This document shows, one piece after another, positions 36,515 through 45,413 of a DNA stretch of 64,000 nt. The notes beneath the pieces are model-generated. The model was not told the origin of the DNA. It saw nothing but the letters and a program-made list of their open reading frames with translations, and ran no database searches. Origin of the DNA: an uncultured bacterium (lineage in GTDB: Bacteria; Desulfobacterota; Syntrophorhabdia; Syntrophorhabdales; JANXAF01); the NCBI GenBank assembly GCA_938084905.1, contig CALKEQ010000001.1, positions 26,835 through 90,834 of the forward strand. Direction: 5' to 3'. The translations under genes and the position numbers were made by a program. The first letter of the stretch is position 1; every line of letters begins with the position of its first letter.

Positions 36515-37504
36515 ATGTTTAAAAAGATTTCCCCTTTGGTAGTTCTTCTTTTGATTCTTTGGCCAATCTTTTCTGTTTGGGGCCAAGGTATAACTCTAAA
36601 AGCGGTCACGGCCTGGCCAAAAAATGCGACGGATAACAGGGCCTTTTTCATCTTCACAGAGCTCGTGGAAGAAATGGTCTCTAAAAAATACCCGGGACAG
36701 CTGAAAATCAATTACGTTGGAGGACCGGAAACAATAAAAAGTACAGACCAGGCTCAGGCAGTTCAGAGGGGAATTGTGGATATGGCTTTTTTAACAACCG
36801 CATATTACCTCTCAATTCTACCGGAGGTGGACGCTATTAAGCTGTCAGAGTTTTCTGCTCCAGAAGAGAGACAAAGAGGAGCTACCAAATTCATCAACGA
36901 GCTTCACGAGAACAAACTTGGTATCACTTACCTTGGAAGGCTTGGACTGGACATAAAGTTCTATCTGTATTTAAAAAAACCCATTCGGACAGCAGATCTT
37001 AAGGGCTTAAACATAAGGGTTTCGCCTATGTACCTTCAGGCAATAAAAGGTCTCGGCGGAAACCCTGTTGTCATTCCTCCCACGGACGTGTTCCTTGCAC
37101 TGGAGAGGGGTGTTGTGGATGGATATTGCTGGCCGGAAGTCGGAATAAGGGATTGGGGCTGGGAAAAGCATACAAAGTACATAGTAGAGCCTGGGTTTTA
37201 CAGGGTTCCCAATCCTTTAATCATGAATAGGAGGGTCTTTTCCTCACTTCCCAAACACTTAAGGGATCTGCTCGTCGAGGCAACAATTGAAGCTGAAAAG
37301 AGAACGCACAAGCTTTTCCAGGACCTTGCTAAAAAGGAAAGACCAGAGCTTGAAAAAATCGGTATACAGGTAATAGAACTGCCCCCACCCGAGAAGGAGA
37401 AGTTTCTGAAGGTCGCTTACGAAGAGGGCTGGAAAGATATAATCCAGAAAGTGCCGAAGGAAGGAGCCGAGCTTAAAAAATATCTCACCAGGGAGGGAAA
37501 ATGA
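36515..37504 (+). CDS. TRAP transporter substrate-binding protein (DctP family)
   Basis: ATG at 36515 with an AAGGAGG RBS, and signal peptide MFKKISPLVVLLLILWPIF. The track start at 36377 overlaps dctM and is rejected. Confidence 0.85.
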   Translation: MFKKISPLVVLLLILWPIFSVWGQGITLKAVTAWPKNATDNRAFFIFTELVEEMVSKKYPGQLKINYVGGPETIKSTDQAQAVQRGIVDMAFLTTAYYLSILPEVDAIKLSEFSAPEERQRGATKFINELHENKLGITYLGRLGLDIKFYLYLKKPIRTADLKGLNIRVSPMYLQAIKGLGGNPVVIPPTDVFLALERGVVDGYCWPEVGIRDWGWEKHTKYIVEPGFYRVPNPLIMNRRVFSSLPKHLRDLLVEATIEAEKRTHKLFQDLAKKERPELEKIGIQVIELPPPEKEKFLKVAYEEGWKDIIQKVPKEGAELKKYLTREGK

Positions 37505-38793
37505 TAAAAAGATCCTACATAAACTATGAGGACAGGAGGGTGTATTTCACCCTCCCTGACCAATGGGATGTGGAGGTGATAGAAGGTAAAGCACCACCTG
37601 AGCCGTGTCAGGACCAAGACAAAGAAATAAGAAGAGCACTTGATAATCCGATTAGATCGAGAAAGCTAGAAGAGCTCTCAAAATACGCATCAGAAGTGGC
37701 CATACTGTTTGATGACTCCCAGCGAAACACTCCATGTGAGACCATTCTGCCCCATCTGATTGAAAGGTTAAACGAAGGGGGCGTACCAGACAAAAGAATA
37801 AGGCTTGTCTGTGCAGTCGGCACGCACCCAGTAGCGTCAGATGAGGATCTAAGGAAAAGGGTCGGGGAAGCGATCTATGGAAGGTTCAAGGGCGCTATTT
37901 TTTCTCATGACCCGTTTGGCGAGCACGTATTCATTGGAAAAACCAGAAGAGGAACTCCGGTAGAGATAAATAAGATTGTCCACGAAGCTGATCTCGTAAT
38001 CGGCGTAGGAACATGCGCCCCCCATCCCTCATCTGGATACGGAGGAGGCTATAAGATCCTTATGCCAGGTGTTACCTCCTACCGAACAACTGAAAAACAT
38101 CATATTGTTTTTCTAAGGAACAAACGGAGCATGGTCGGGATGTTGAGGGGAAATCCTTTCTTCGAAGACATAAGGGATATAGGGGAGATGGCCAACCTCA
38201 TGTTCAAAGTAGACGTTATAATGGATGAAAAAAAAAGACTGATTAAAGTTTTCGCCGGTCATCCCTATTTTGAGCATGTGGCCGCATCCAGCTATGCGGA
38301 AATGCTACAGGAAGTAAAAATAAATGGCCTTTCTGAAGTAACTATAATTTCAGCCCATCCTCTTGAAATAGGGGTCCAGGCTACCAAGGCATTGCTTCTT
38401 GCCCGGCATGTGACGAAAAGGGGAGGAATCATAATATGGGTTGCTCCCCATAAAAAGCCGGGAGGCATTCGTCCACTTCTTGAAGAAATGGAAAAACCCC
38501 TCACCGCTGATCAATGGCACAGAATACTTCTTGAAAAGGGAATCCCCGAACATCTTAAGAATCTCGGTGTCTCCTATGTTATGCAGGTAGTTCACTTCAA
38601 AGAAATAGCTGAAAGATTCACAGTTATCCACGTTACCGACGGATTGGAAGAAGAGGAGGTCCGAAAGATGGGCTTTGTTTATGCAAGTACAATGGAGGAG
38701 GCATTGGACATGGCAAAAAGGCGAATACCTCAAGGCAAGGTCCGCATCTTTCCTTCAGGAGGCACCATCCTTCCAAAAATAACTCACCCATAG
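37501..38793 (+). CDS. larA: LarA-family nickel-pincer-cofactor-dependent 2-hydroxyacid racemase/epimerase
   Basis: 430 aa. DDSQRNTP, AVGTHP and APHPSSGYGGGYKILMPG...KHH resemble the LarA catalytic His, NPN-tethering Lys and Ni-ligand His regions. Confidence 0.75.
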   Translation: MIKRSYINYEDRRVYFTLPDQWDVEVIEGKAPPEPCQDQDKEIRRALDNPIRSRKLEELSKYASEVAILFDDSQRNTPCETILPHLIERLNEGGVPDKRIRLVCAVGTHPVASDEDLRKRVGEAIYGRFKGAIFSHDPFGEHVFIGKTRRGTPVEINKIVHEADLVIGVGTCAPHPSSGYGGGYKILMPGVTSYRTTEKHHIVFLRNKRSMVGMLRGNPFFEDIRDIGEMANLMFKVDVIMDEKKRLIKVFAGHPYFEHVAASSYAEMLQEVKINGLSEVTIISAHPLEIGVQATKALLLARHVTKRGGIIIWVAPHKKPGGIRPLLEEMEKPLTADQWHRILLEKGIPEHLKNLGVSYVMQVVHFKEIAERFTVIHVTDGLEEEEVRKMGFVYASTMEEALDMAKRRIPQGKVRIFPSGGTILPKITHP

Positions 38794-38932
38794 TCTGTGA
38801 CAAAATCTACCATTTGACTCGGTGGAAGGAAGCTTAAAGAGCTCGTTATAAGCGAACTTTGATTTCCTTAAAGAAAGGGTAATCCAAAATCACAAGAGAA
38901 GCAAAGGCCTGTTCGTAGTAGACTGGGAAAGG

Positions 38933-39958
38933 TTAATTTATGAATACTCTTTTGTACTTCTTCATATCCTCCAAGGCACGCCCCGCTCCCATGACCACGG
39001 AGGTGAGAGGGTCATCCGATACGGAAACCGTAATCCCTGTCTCAAACTCAATTCTTTCCTTCAAACCTTTAAGAAGGGCCCCACCTCCAGTGAGGACCAT
39101 CCCAGACTCATTTAGATCGGAGACAAACTCAGGTGGAAGTTTTTCCAGAGCCCTCCTTATAGCATCTATTATTGCTGAAACAGGCTCTTCTATTGCTTCC
39201 GCAATCTCTCTTTTCGATATCTTTATGCTCCTTGGAGCGCCGGTCAAAATGTCCTTACCCACAACGTTTATCTCCTCGTCGGAAGTTGGATAGAGGGAAG
39301 CATGGTCAATTTTGAGCTTTTCAGCAGCTATAAGACCAATCGACAACTGGTGCTTTCTCTGGAGATACCGGACTATGGATTCATCGAGTTCATCTCCCGC
39401 CACTCTTAAAGATTCGCTGTAAGCGATAGCAGAAAGACTTATTATCGCAACCTCTGTGGTTCCTCCTCCAATGTCTACGATCATATTCCCTCTTGGAAGT
39501 TCAATTGGCATATCTGAACCTATTGCAGCTGCCATAGGCTCTTCAATAAGGTATATACTCCTTATTCCCACCTGAAGACAGGCATCTATAACTGCCTTTT
39601 TCTCAACCTGGGTGATACCTGAGGGTACACCAACTACCATTTTTGGCCTGGAAACCTTCTTCTCCTTTCTCACCCTTTCCAGGAAATATTTAATCATCGC
39701 CCTTGCCACATCGAAGTCTGCAATTACCCCGTCTTTGAGAGGCCTTACCGCACTTATATTTGGTGGGGTCCTCCCAATGTACTCTTTTGCCTGTCTTCCA
39801 ACCGCGATCACACGGCCCGCACTGTTGTCAACGGCGACAACGGATGGCTCATTAAGAACTATCCCTTCGCCCTTCAAATAAATGAGAGTATTTGCAGTTC
39901 CCAAATCCATTGCCATATGTGAGGTAAAAAGTCCTAAGAGCTTCTCAATTATACCCAT
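38933..39958 (-). CDS. mreB: rod shape-determining protein MreB
   Basis: 341 aa. MAMDLGTANTLIY and DIGGGTTEVA actin-fold phosphate motifs. Confidence 0.95.
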   Translation of the reverse strand: MGIIEKLLGLFTSHMAMDLGTANTLIYLKGEGIVLNEPSVVAVDNSAGRVIAVGRQAKEYIGRTPPNISAVRPLKDGVIADFDVARAMIKYFLERVRKEKKVSRPKMVVGVPSGITQVEKKAVIDACLQVGIRSIYLIEEPMAAAIGSDMPIELPRGNMIVDIGGGTTEVAIISLSAIAYSESLRVAGDELDESIVRYLQRKHQLSIGLIAAEKLKIDHASLYPTSDEEINVVGKDILTGAPRSIKISKREIAEAIEEPVSAIIDAIRRALEKLPPEFVSDLNESGMVLTGGGALLKGLKERIEFETGITVSVSDDPLTSVVMGAGRALEDMKKYKRVFIN

Positions 39959-39967
39959 CCTTCCCCC

Positions 39968-41335
39968 CTATGCATCTGTCTTTTCAAGAAGGGTGCATAA
40001 TTCTACACCATCTTCCGGAAAGAAAGCCACCCTCGAATATACTCCATCTTCTTTTTTTGAAAACTTCGTTTTTCCATCGTAGTTCTCGTAGATACCCTTA
40101 AAAAGGGTGTACTCTATCATTCTGACTAGATTCTTCACAGCCTGCGGGTCTCTTCTCGGCAAAATCACGTAAAACCTGCCTCCTCCTTTTCTTGCAACAA
40201 AGGATGCCTCCCCAGATGTATGTTTTATAAGATGATAAGCCCTTCTTATGAAGTCGTCGGTAAAATCGAGCCCCTTTTCTCGATTGAAAACGTTAAGCTT
40301 GAGAAGTTTCACCATTATTAGACCGAACTTTGTTTTCTTCTTTATCAAATCCTCTCCTATTCTGAGAAAATAATGAAACTGTAAAGCACCAGTCAAAGGA
40401 TCAAGACCCTTTAGCCTTTCTAGGTACTCCTTCGACCATAAAGCAGAGTAGTAAAGTGAAAGCATAACCGAAATGTCTCTTAAGGTTCTGATGGACTCCT
40501 CTGAAAGGGGATGGTCTCCCAAGGAAGCAAAACCTGCTACTCCAAACACAACATCATCTATGAAAAGGGGAAAACCAAAGAATTGCCTTGCCTGAAATGT
40601 CTCTCCAAGGTAAATGAGGGGTTTCTCCTTTAGGTATCCAGTATTGAAAGGAAGGAGAAGCTCACTTCCCGATTCTATTACGCTTGAGGCAATACTTTCG
40701 CCAATTGGGCAGGTCCTTGCCAAACATTCAGTTGCTTTGAGACCCACTGCATCCTTTATTTTCAGTTTTCCTTTGTCCTCCATTCCTATAAAACACATAT
40801 CCGCACCCGAAATCCTCAAAGTCTCATTTAGGACTTCCTGAATGGTTACCCTCCCTGAGAGAAGATCCTTGAAGATGGAGAATATGAAGTGTTTTGTGTT
40901 CAACTCATTCAACCTTTCCTCAAAATCCGAACCTTTATCATCCTGACCTATTTCCTGAAGAATTAAAGGGACGAAGCTTTTTAAGTTTTTCTTCTCTTTA
41001 TCCGTGAATGAGTACTTCTTTTTGCTGTCGATGCATATAACCCCGTTCCCTTCAACTGGATAACCCATGAAGGATTTTATATCCTCATCCCTCTCATAAT
41101 ACCCAAGCGTTTCAGTTTCTTTGTCGAAATTGGGTATTATAAGGGGTTCTCTGTGTTTGACCACCCAGCCGGGTAGTGTTTCATCGATTGGAAGCAACCT
41201 ACTTCCGGAGAAGTTCTTAGAAAGTGTGAGGAAAGACATGCATCTTAAAAAGTCGCCTTCCCTCTTGTAGACTGCGACTGTGTAAGCCTCATAAAAGTTG
41301 AAAATGATCTGACATATGTCTTCCAGTCTCTTCAT
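39968..41335 (-). CDS. GAF-domain protein with degenerate GGDEF domain
   Basis: 455 aa with two GAF-like regions. C-terminal DPLTGAL...ARKGGGRFYVIL carries GGGRF in place of GG[DE]EF. Confidence 0.65.
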   Translation of the reverse strand: MKRLEDICQIIFNFYEAYTVAVYKREGDFLRCMSFLTLSKNFSGSRLLPIDETLPGWVVKHREPLIIPNFDKETETLGYYERDEDIKSFMGYPVEGNGVICIDSKKKYSFTDKEKKNLKSFVPLILQEIGQDDKGSDFEERLNELNTKHFIFSIFKDLLSGRVTIQEVLNETLRISGADMCFIGMEDKGKLKIKDAVGLKATECLARTCPIGESIASSVIESGSELLLPFNTGYLKEKPLIYLGETFQARQFFGFPLFIDDVVFGVAGFASLGDHPLSEESIRTLRDISVMLSLYYSALWSKEYLERLKGLDPLTGALQFHYFLRIGEDLIKKKTKFGLIMVKLLKLNVFNREKGLDFTDDFIRRAYHLIKHTSGEASFVARKGGGRFYVILPRRDPQAVKNLVRMIEYTLFKGIYENYDGKTKFSKKEDGVYSRVAFFPEDGVELCTLLEKTDA

Positions 41336-42270
41336 CGCAAAAAACTGTACTCTCTGTAGACAATCGATCCGGAGGGATTAACCCTTTCCAGAAGTGAACA
41401 GAAGAAACACTTTTCTCCAGAGGCGGGATAGTTGCATGAGATGCAGTATTTTACAGGTTTTTCATCCCTTTTTTCTTCCCCTACCTTTCCCGACCTTTTC
41501 AAAAAGCCCTTCAAAAAGTTCAGTTTAGTTCCAGGTGAATCCTCTTCTATCATGTTTAAAATCTCCTTGTAAAGAAGGGTCTTTGCGCCGCGTGAGTGCG
41601 GACATTCCTCGTAAATGTAGTCTATCTGCGATATCACAGCATATGCCGCTATCTCCCTTTCTGAAACTAAAAAAAACGGTTTTACCTTTTTTACCAAATG
41701 TCCTTCCTCACTTTTGAGCACTATGCTTTTCCTTCGAAGGTAATCTTCCTTCCAATAGAGGAGGTTTCCCAGAAGGGAAGAAGCCTCATCATCGAGATTA
41801 TGTCCAGTAGCCAAAACTGTGTAACCCTTCTCTATTGATATTCTGTTCATTATGTATCTCTTTATCGCCCCACAGGCAGAGCAATAAGTCCTTCTTAGAG
41901 TGCGGGCCAAATCCAAAATTCCAAGATTCATAATTTCCTTCAAAAATACAACCCACAATCGGCCCTCCAATTTCTTTGCAAAAGAAAGAGCCTTATCAAG
42001 GGAAAGATCGGAATACCCATCTATTCCAAGATGTATGTAGAGACCATCAGCTTTGTATCCCATTTTTTTAAGTATTTGCCAGAGGGAGAGGCTGTCCTTT
42101 CCTCCAGATACAGCAACAAGTAGGGAATCATCCTTTTTGAAAAGGCCGTACTTTTCAATCGAATTTTTTACTCTCCTTTCAACGAAGGCTAAAAGATGAG
42201 AGGCGCACAGGGAGAGGTTGTGAGCTTTTAGCTTTATTACGGCTTTATCGTTGCAGAGTTTGCATTTCAA
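41332..42270 (-). CDS. ttuA: TtuA/Ncs6-type tRNA 2-thiolation PP-loop ATPase
   Basis: N-terminal CX2C...CX2H, PP-loop SGGKDS, cluster Cys CSACG and CPHS, C-terminal CISC...CFFC zinc finger. Confidence 0.8.
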   Translation of the reverse strand: MKCKLCNDKAVIKLKAHNLSLCASHLLAFVERRVKNSIEKYGLFKKDDSLLVAVSGGKDSLSLWQILKKMGYKADGLYIHLGIDGYSDLSLDKALSFAKKLEGRLWVVFLKEIMNLGILDLARTLRRTYCSACGAIKRYIMNRISIEKGYTVLATGHNLDDEASSLLGNLLYWKEDYLRRKSIVLKSEEGHLVKKVKPFFLVSEREIAAYAVISQIDYIYEECPHSRGAKTLLYKEILNMIEEDSPGTKLNFLKGFLKRSGKVGEEKRDEKPVKYCISCNYPASGEKCFFCSLLERVNPSGSIVYREYSFLR

Positions 42271-42470
42271 CCGCCGGAAACCACCCTTATAATTTTTACG
42301 CTTTCTGCGTTGCTAACTATCTCATCTTCTGTTACAAGTCTGCCATCTACCACAACAAGGTGGCCTTCCGAATTCAGAGAGAGTTTTTTTAGAAGCTCTT
42401 GAACTTTCAGAGGTTTTTCTATTTCGATCTTTTTTCCATCAATCTCTACGGGCATGACAATTGATAACAT
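42267..42470 (-). CDS. ttuB: ThiS/MoaD-family sulfur carrier (TtuB-like)
   Basis: 67 aa ending in ...RVVSGG. 4-nt overlap with ttuA. Confidence 0.75.
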   Translation of the reverse strand: MLSIVMPVEIDGKKIEIEKPLKVQELLKKLSLNSEGHLVVVDGRLVTEDEIVSNAESVKIIRVVSGG

Positions 42471-42503
42471 ATGAGACCGTTCATTTTCAAGGACTTACCC
42501 TCA

Positions 42504-43649
42504 TCAAAAGAGGTGTGGCTTCTTAAGAGCTATATTCCTTTCCCTGTACATGGCGTTGAAAGTGATCTCCTCCTCAATTTTCAAAAAATCCGGTATCTTT
42601 ACACATTCACTTTCTTCGGTCAAATCAAGACTTAAAACCTTAAGGTTTGGAAGTGGTTTAAGATACAGATCAAGTTTCAGGTACTGGTTCTCCCAGAAAA
42701 AGCAGTACCTAATTTTCCTTACGGGGACGGTCCTTTTATCCCTCATTCTGAACAATCTTAAATACTCCTCCTCGCTTATCATCCTCTCAGTCTCCCTTAG
42801 TAATGTACCGTCTTCCGCTAAGCTGCGCCTGACAACAAAGTAAAGCTGAGCATCCCTCTGTCCCCTTCTCTTTAACATTATCTCCTCATTGCTCGTTCTT
42901 TTCTGGAGATAATGCTCCTCTATTTCAATTTTTTCATGTTCGGGGAAAGATCGGAAGTCTACGCTCTCTACAATGTACTTCCTTGTCATTCCTTTTACGA
43001 CAGGTATTCCCAGCATTTTCGAGATTGATATGAATGTTCTTCTTATCTTTTCCTGAAAGTCCTCCTCATTTCCTATGATGCACATGTTAGGATGACCGAG
43101 CCAAGCCTGCCTTATCTTACGATCCAACATGCATGCAACATCCGGACTCTCTATCCTAGCACTGTTTCCCTCAAGCGTGTAGTACTCTCTCTTACCATCC
43201 GCGCATGTTACAAGATGTATAACCCCTGTGTACCTGCTTTTCACACTGTGCTGGTTCAAATTCCTCCTTTCAAGCATCTTTTCAAACTCCTCTTCATATC
43301 CTTCCGGCATAAAAGCCTTTATATCCATTATTCCTCTGTCTAGGAGCACAACTGGGGAGCACTTCGAGAATACCTCGTATACGGACCTCTCAACCCTTTC
43401 TTCTAAAAAGAGCTGGAGATCAAGGATGGCCTCTTCGTACTTTACTATCTGGGAACTCATCTTCATTCTTCTTCTGTCAATCCCACAATTGGTTATAATG
43501 GTGGCAGTTTCAGGAACCACAAAGACCGTGAATCCGTAGTCAGAAAGCCTCTCAACGAGGTGCGCTATAGAGCTTGTTTTTCCACTGCAGGGCCCTCCCG
43601 TAAGGACAAACTTTGGAATGGTTTTTATCTTCTTGGCTATCCCTTTCAT
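42504..43649 (-). CDS. fusion: P-loop NTPase (AAA_28/NadR-kinase-like) + CYTH (triphosphate tunnel)-like domain
   Basis: Walker A GGPCSGKTS. The C-terminal half starts with KIEIEEHYLQ, resembling the CYTH EXEXK strand (with H in place of K). Confidence 0.55.
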   Translation of the reverse strand: MKGIAKKIKTIPKFVLTGGPCSGKTSSIAHLVERLSDYGFTVFVVPETATIITNCGIDRRRMKMSSQIVKYEEAILDLQLFLEERVERSVYEVFSKCSPVVLLDRGIMDIKAFMPEGYEEEFEKMLERRNLNQHSVKSRYTGVIHLVTCADGKREYYTLEGNSARIESPDVACMLDRKIRQAWLGHPNMCIIGNEEDFQEKIRRTFISISKMLGIPVVKGMTRKYIVESVDFRSFPEHEKIEIEEHYLQKRTSNEEIMLKRRGQRDAQLYFVVRRSLAEDGTLLRETERMISEEEYLRLFRMRDKRTVPVRKIRYCFFWENQYLKLDLYLKPLPNLKVLSLDLTEESECVKIPDFLKIEEEITFNAMYRERNIALKKPHLF

Positions 43650-44446
43650 ACGTCTTTCTTCAATTCCCGAATAACGTTAAGCTCGGGAAAAGGTGAAGGC
43701 GTAAAGGAGAGAATGAAAATTAGGAGAATGATTAGGGCAAGGATCTTCCTTTTTCCATCTATCTCCGTTTCCATGTCGTAGGGTTCTGGGTGCTTCATAC
43801 CAAAGATAATAAGAAGAATAACTAGGGCCAGCCAACCTGGATTGTAAAAAAGTGAAAGGAAAAGCATAAAAAAAGTGGTGGCCAGGTAAACTATTCTGCT
43901 TTTTGCTCCAAATATGGCGTAGACAACATGTCCACCATCCAGTTGACCAACAGGTAGAAGATTCAAGGCTGTCACAAAAAGGCCTACCCACCCCGCGTAT
44001 CCGAAAGGGTGAAGGACAATATCGTAATTGGGGGGGAGCTCCCCATAGATAAACTTCTGAATGATCTTAAAAAGGTAAGGATCACCGAGTCTGATAAACC
44101 CCTGACCTTCCACAATCTTTTGTACCTTTGAAAGCTTCATTCCGATCACGGCAAATGGCAAAGAGGTAAGAAAGCTCATAATAGGCCCCGCAACGCCAAT
44201 ATCAAAAAGTGCCTTCTTGTTGATTATGATTCCTTGCATCTTTATTATTGCGCCGAAGGTGCCGAAAGGAGAAAGGGGGAAGGGGATAAAATACGGTAAA
44301 CTCGCGGGAATTCCGTATCTTCTGCTGACAAAAAAGTGGCCCATCTCATGTGCAAGGAGGATTGTCATTATGCCGAAACTGTAGTAGGGACCTCCCACAA
44401 GTGTTGTGGACAGGACTGTCAGAAAAAAGAGGATTATCTTAAGCAT
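43646..44446 (-). CDS. site-2 protease (M50) family membrane metalloprotease
   Basis: HEMGHF zinc motif and NLLPVGQLDGGH motif. Multiple TM segments. Confidence 0.85.
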   Translation of the reverse strand: MLKIILFFLTVLSTTLVGGPYYSFGIMTILLAHEMGHFFVSRRYGIPASLPYFIPFPLSPFGTFGAIIKMQGIIINKKALFDIGVAGPIMSFLTSLPFAVIGMKLSKVQKIVEGQGFIRLGDPYLFKIIQKFIYGELPPNYDIVLHPFGYAGWVGLFVTALNLLPVGQLDGGHVVYAIFGAKSRIVYLATTFFMLFLSLFYNPGWLALVILLIIFGMKHPEPYDMETEIDGKRKILALIILLIFILSFTPSPFPELNVIRELKKDV

Positions 44447-45395
44447 CCATAATCCTCAGGACAATCATTTCAAGCCTGGTTCGTTCAAATTTCGTTCCCG
44501 TTTTAATGAGAAAATCGTATTCGCTCAAGGATTTAAAGAACTCCTTGAGTCTGGAAAGGGAGATCCTTTTTGCACAATTAGTTATGCTGAGCGCGTATCT
44601 AGGTGCAAGATAGGGAAAGTAGTTCTTTTTTTCCCCTGGCACAAATGGAAAGAGGTTTTTCAAATCCGAAAATTTCCTTACGAAGGACCCCTCTGAATAG
44701 TAAGATTCTAGGAGATCCACAAATTCTTTGCTCTGGATGAGGAGCCTCACGAGTCTTTCAAGATAGGTATTGATCAGGAGGGGGTGAAACCCGCAGTCAA
44801 AAAGGTTATTCAAGACCTTAAGTATCTTTCTTTTATCCGTCTCCTTTATGATCTCAAAAAGAGAAAATAGAGTCGCTTCCTCTGTGCGAATTGTGATTTC
44901 TTCCACGTCTTTCGATCTTATCTGCTCTCTTTCTCCAACGTAGTTTACCAGTTTTAGGAGCTCATTTTCCACAAAGGCATCATCAGTAACATTCCGCGCG
45001 AATAGATTAAAGGCTTTATCCGTCATAGTCTTTCCAAAACCTTTAAGGAAGGAGAGAACCTTCTTTTTCAGCCTTCTTTCCCTCTCTTCCCCTAAATAAC
45101 CTTTTTTGGCTACTTTATCGGAGTGCTCAGTTTCACAGATAATTATCCAAATCTTTTTACTTAAATCGTACAGGCTCGATTCTATCTCTTTCAATGTCTC
45201 CTTTCGAGGATCAACAAGGACAAGAACAAGATCTTCCGGTGGAAAGAGAGAGGAAGATAAATTCCGAATCTCCCTCTTTATCTCCTCGCCCTCAACTGTG
45301 AGAACCTTACAAAACGGACTCAGTCTGCGCGCAGTCTCATGAATATCTGAAAGAAGCAAACTTCTCTCCACCTTCCTTACTAATATTCCACCCAT
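44439..45395 (-). CDS. holA: DNA polymerase III delta subunit
   Basis: 318 aa. Layout and motifs (ELLKLVNYVGEREQIRSKDVEEI, ATLFSLFEII, GFHPLLI) resemble HolA domains II-III. Confidence 0.6.
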   Translation of the reverse strand: MGGILVRKVERSLLLSDIHETARRLSPFCKVLTVEGEEIKREIRNLSSSLFPPEDLVLVLVDPRKETLKEIESSLYDLSKKIWIIICETEHSDKVAKKGYLGEERERRLKKKVLSFLKGFGKTMTDKAFNLFARNVTDDAFVENELLKLVNYVGEREQIRSKDVEEITIRTEEATLFSLFEIIKETDKRKILKVLNNLFDCGFHPLLINTYLERLVRLLIQSKEFVDLLESYYSEGSFVRKFSDLKNLFPFVPGEKKNYFPYLAPRYALSITNCAKRISLSRLKEFFKSLSEYDFLIKTGTKFERTRLEMIVLRIMDA

Positions 45396-45413
45396 AAATC
45401 TATCCTAAAATGC

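Noticed and set aside
38221-38240. A9 runs inside coding regions (larA at ~38228, the phosphoesterase at ~51045, and A8/A7 at ~50633), considered as programmed-frameshift or phase-variation sites.
   Set aside because: They encode Lys runs in frame (KKK), the reading frames stay intact, and no alternative-frame product is apparent.
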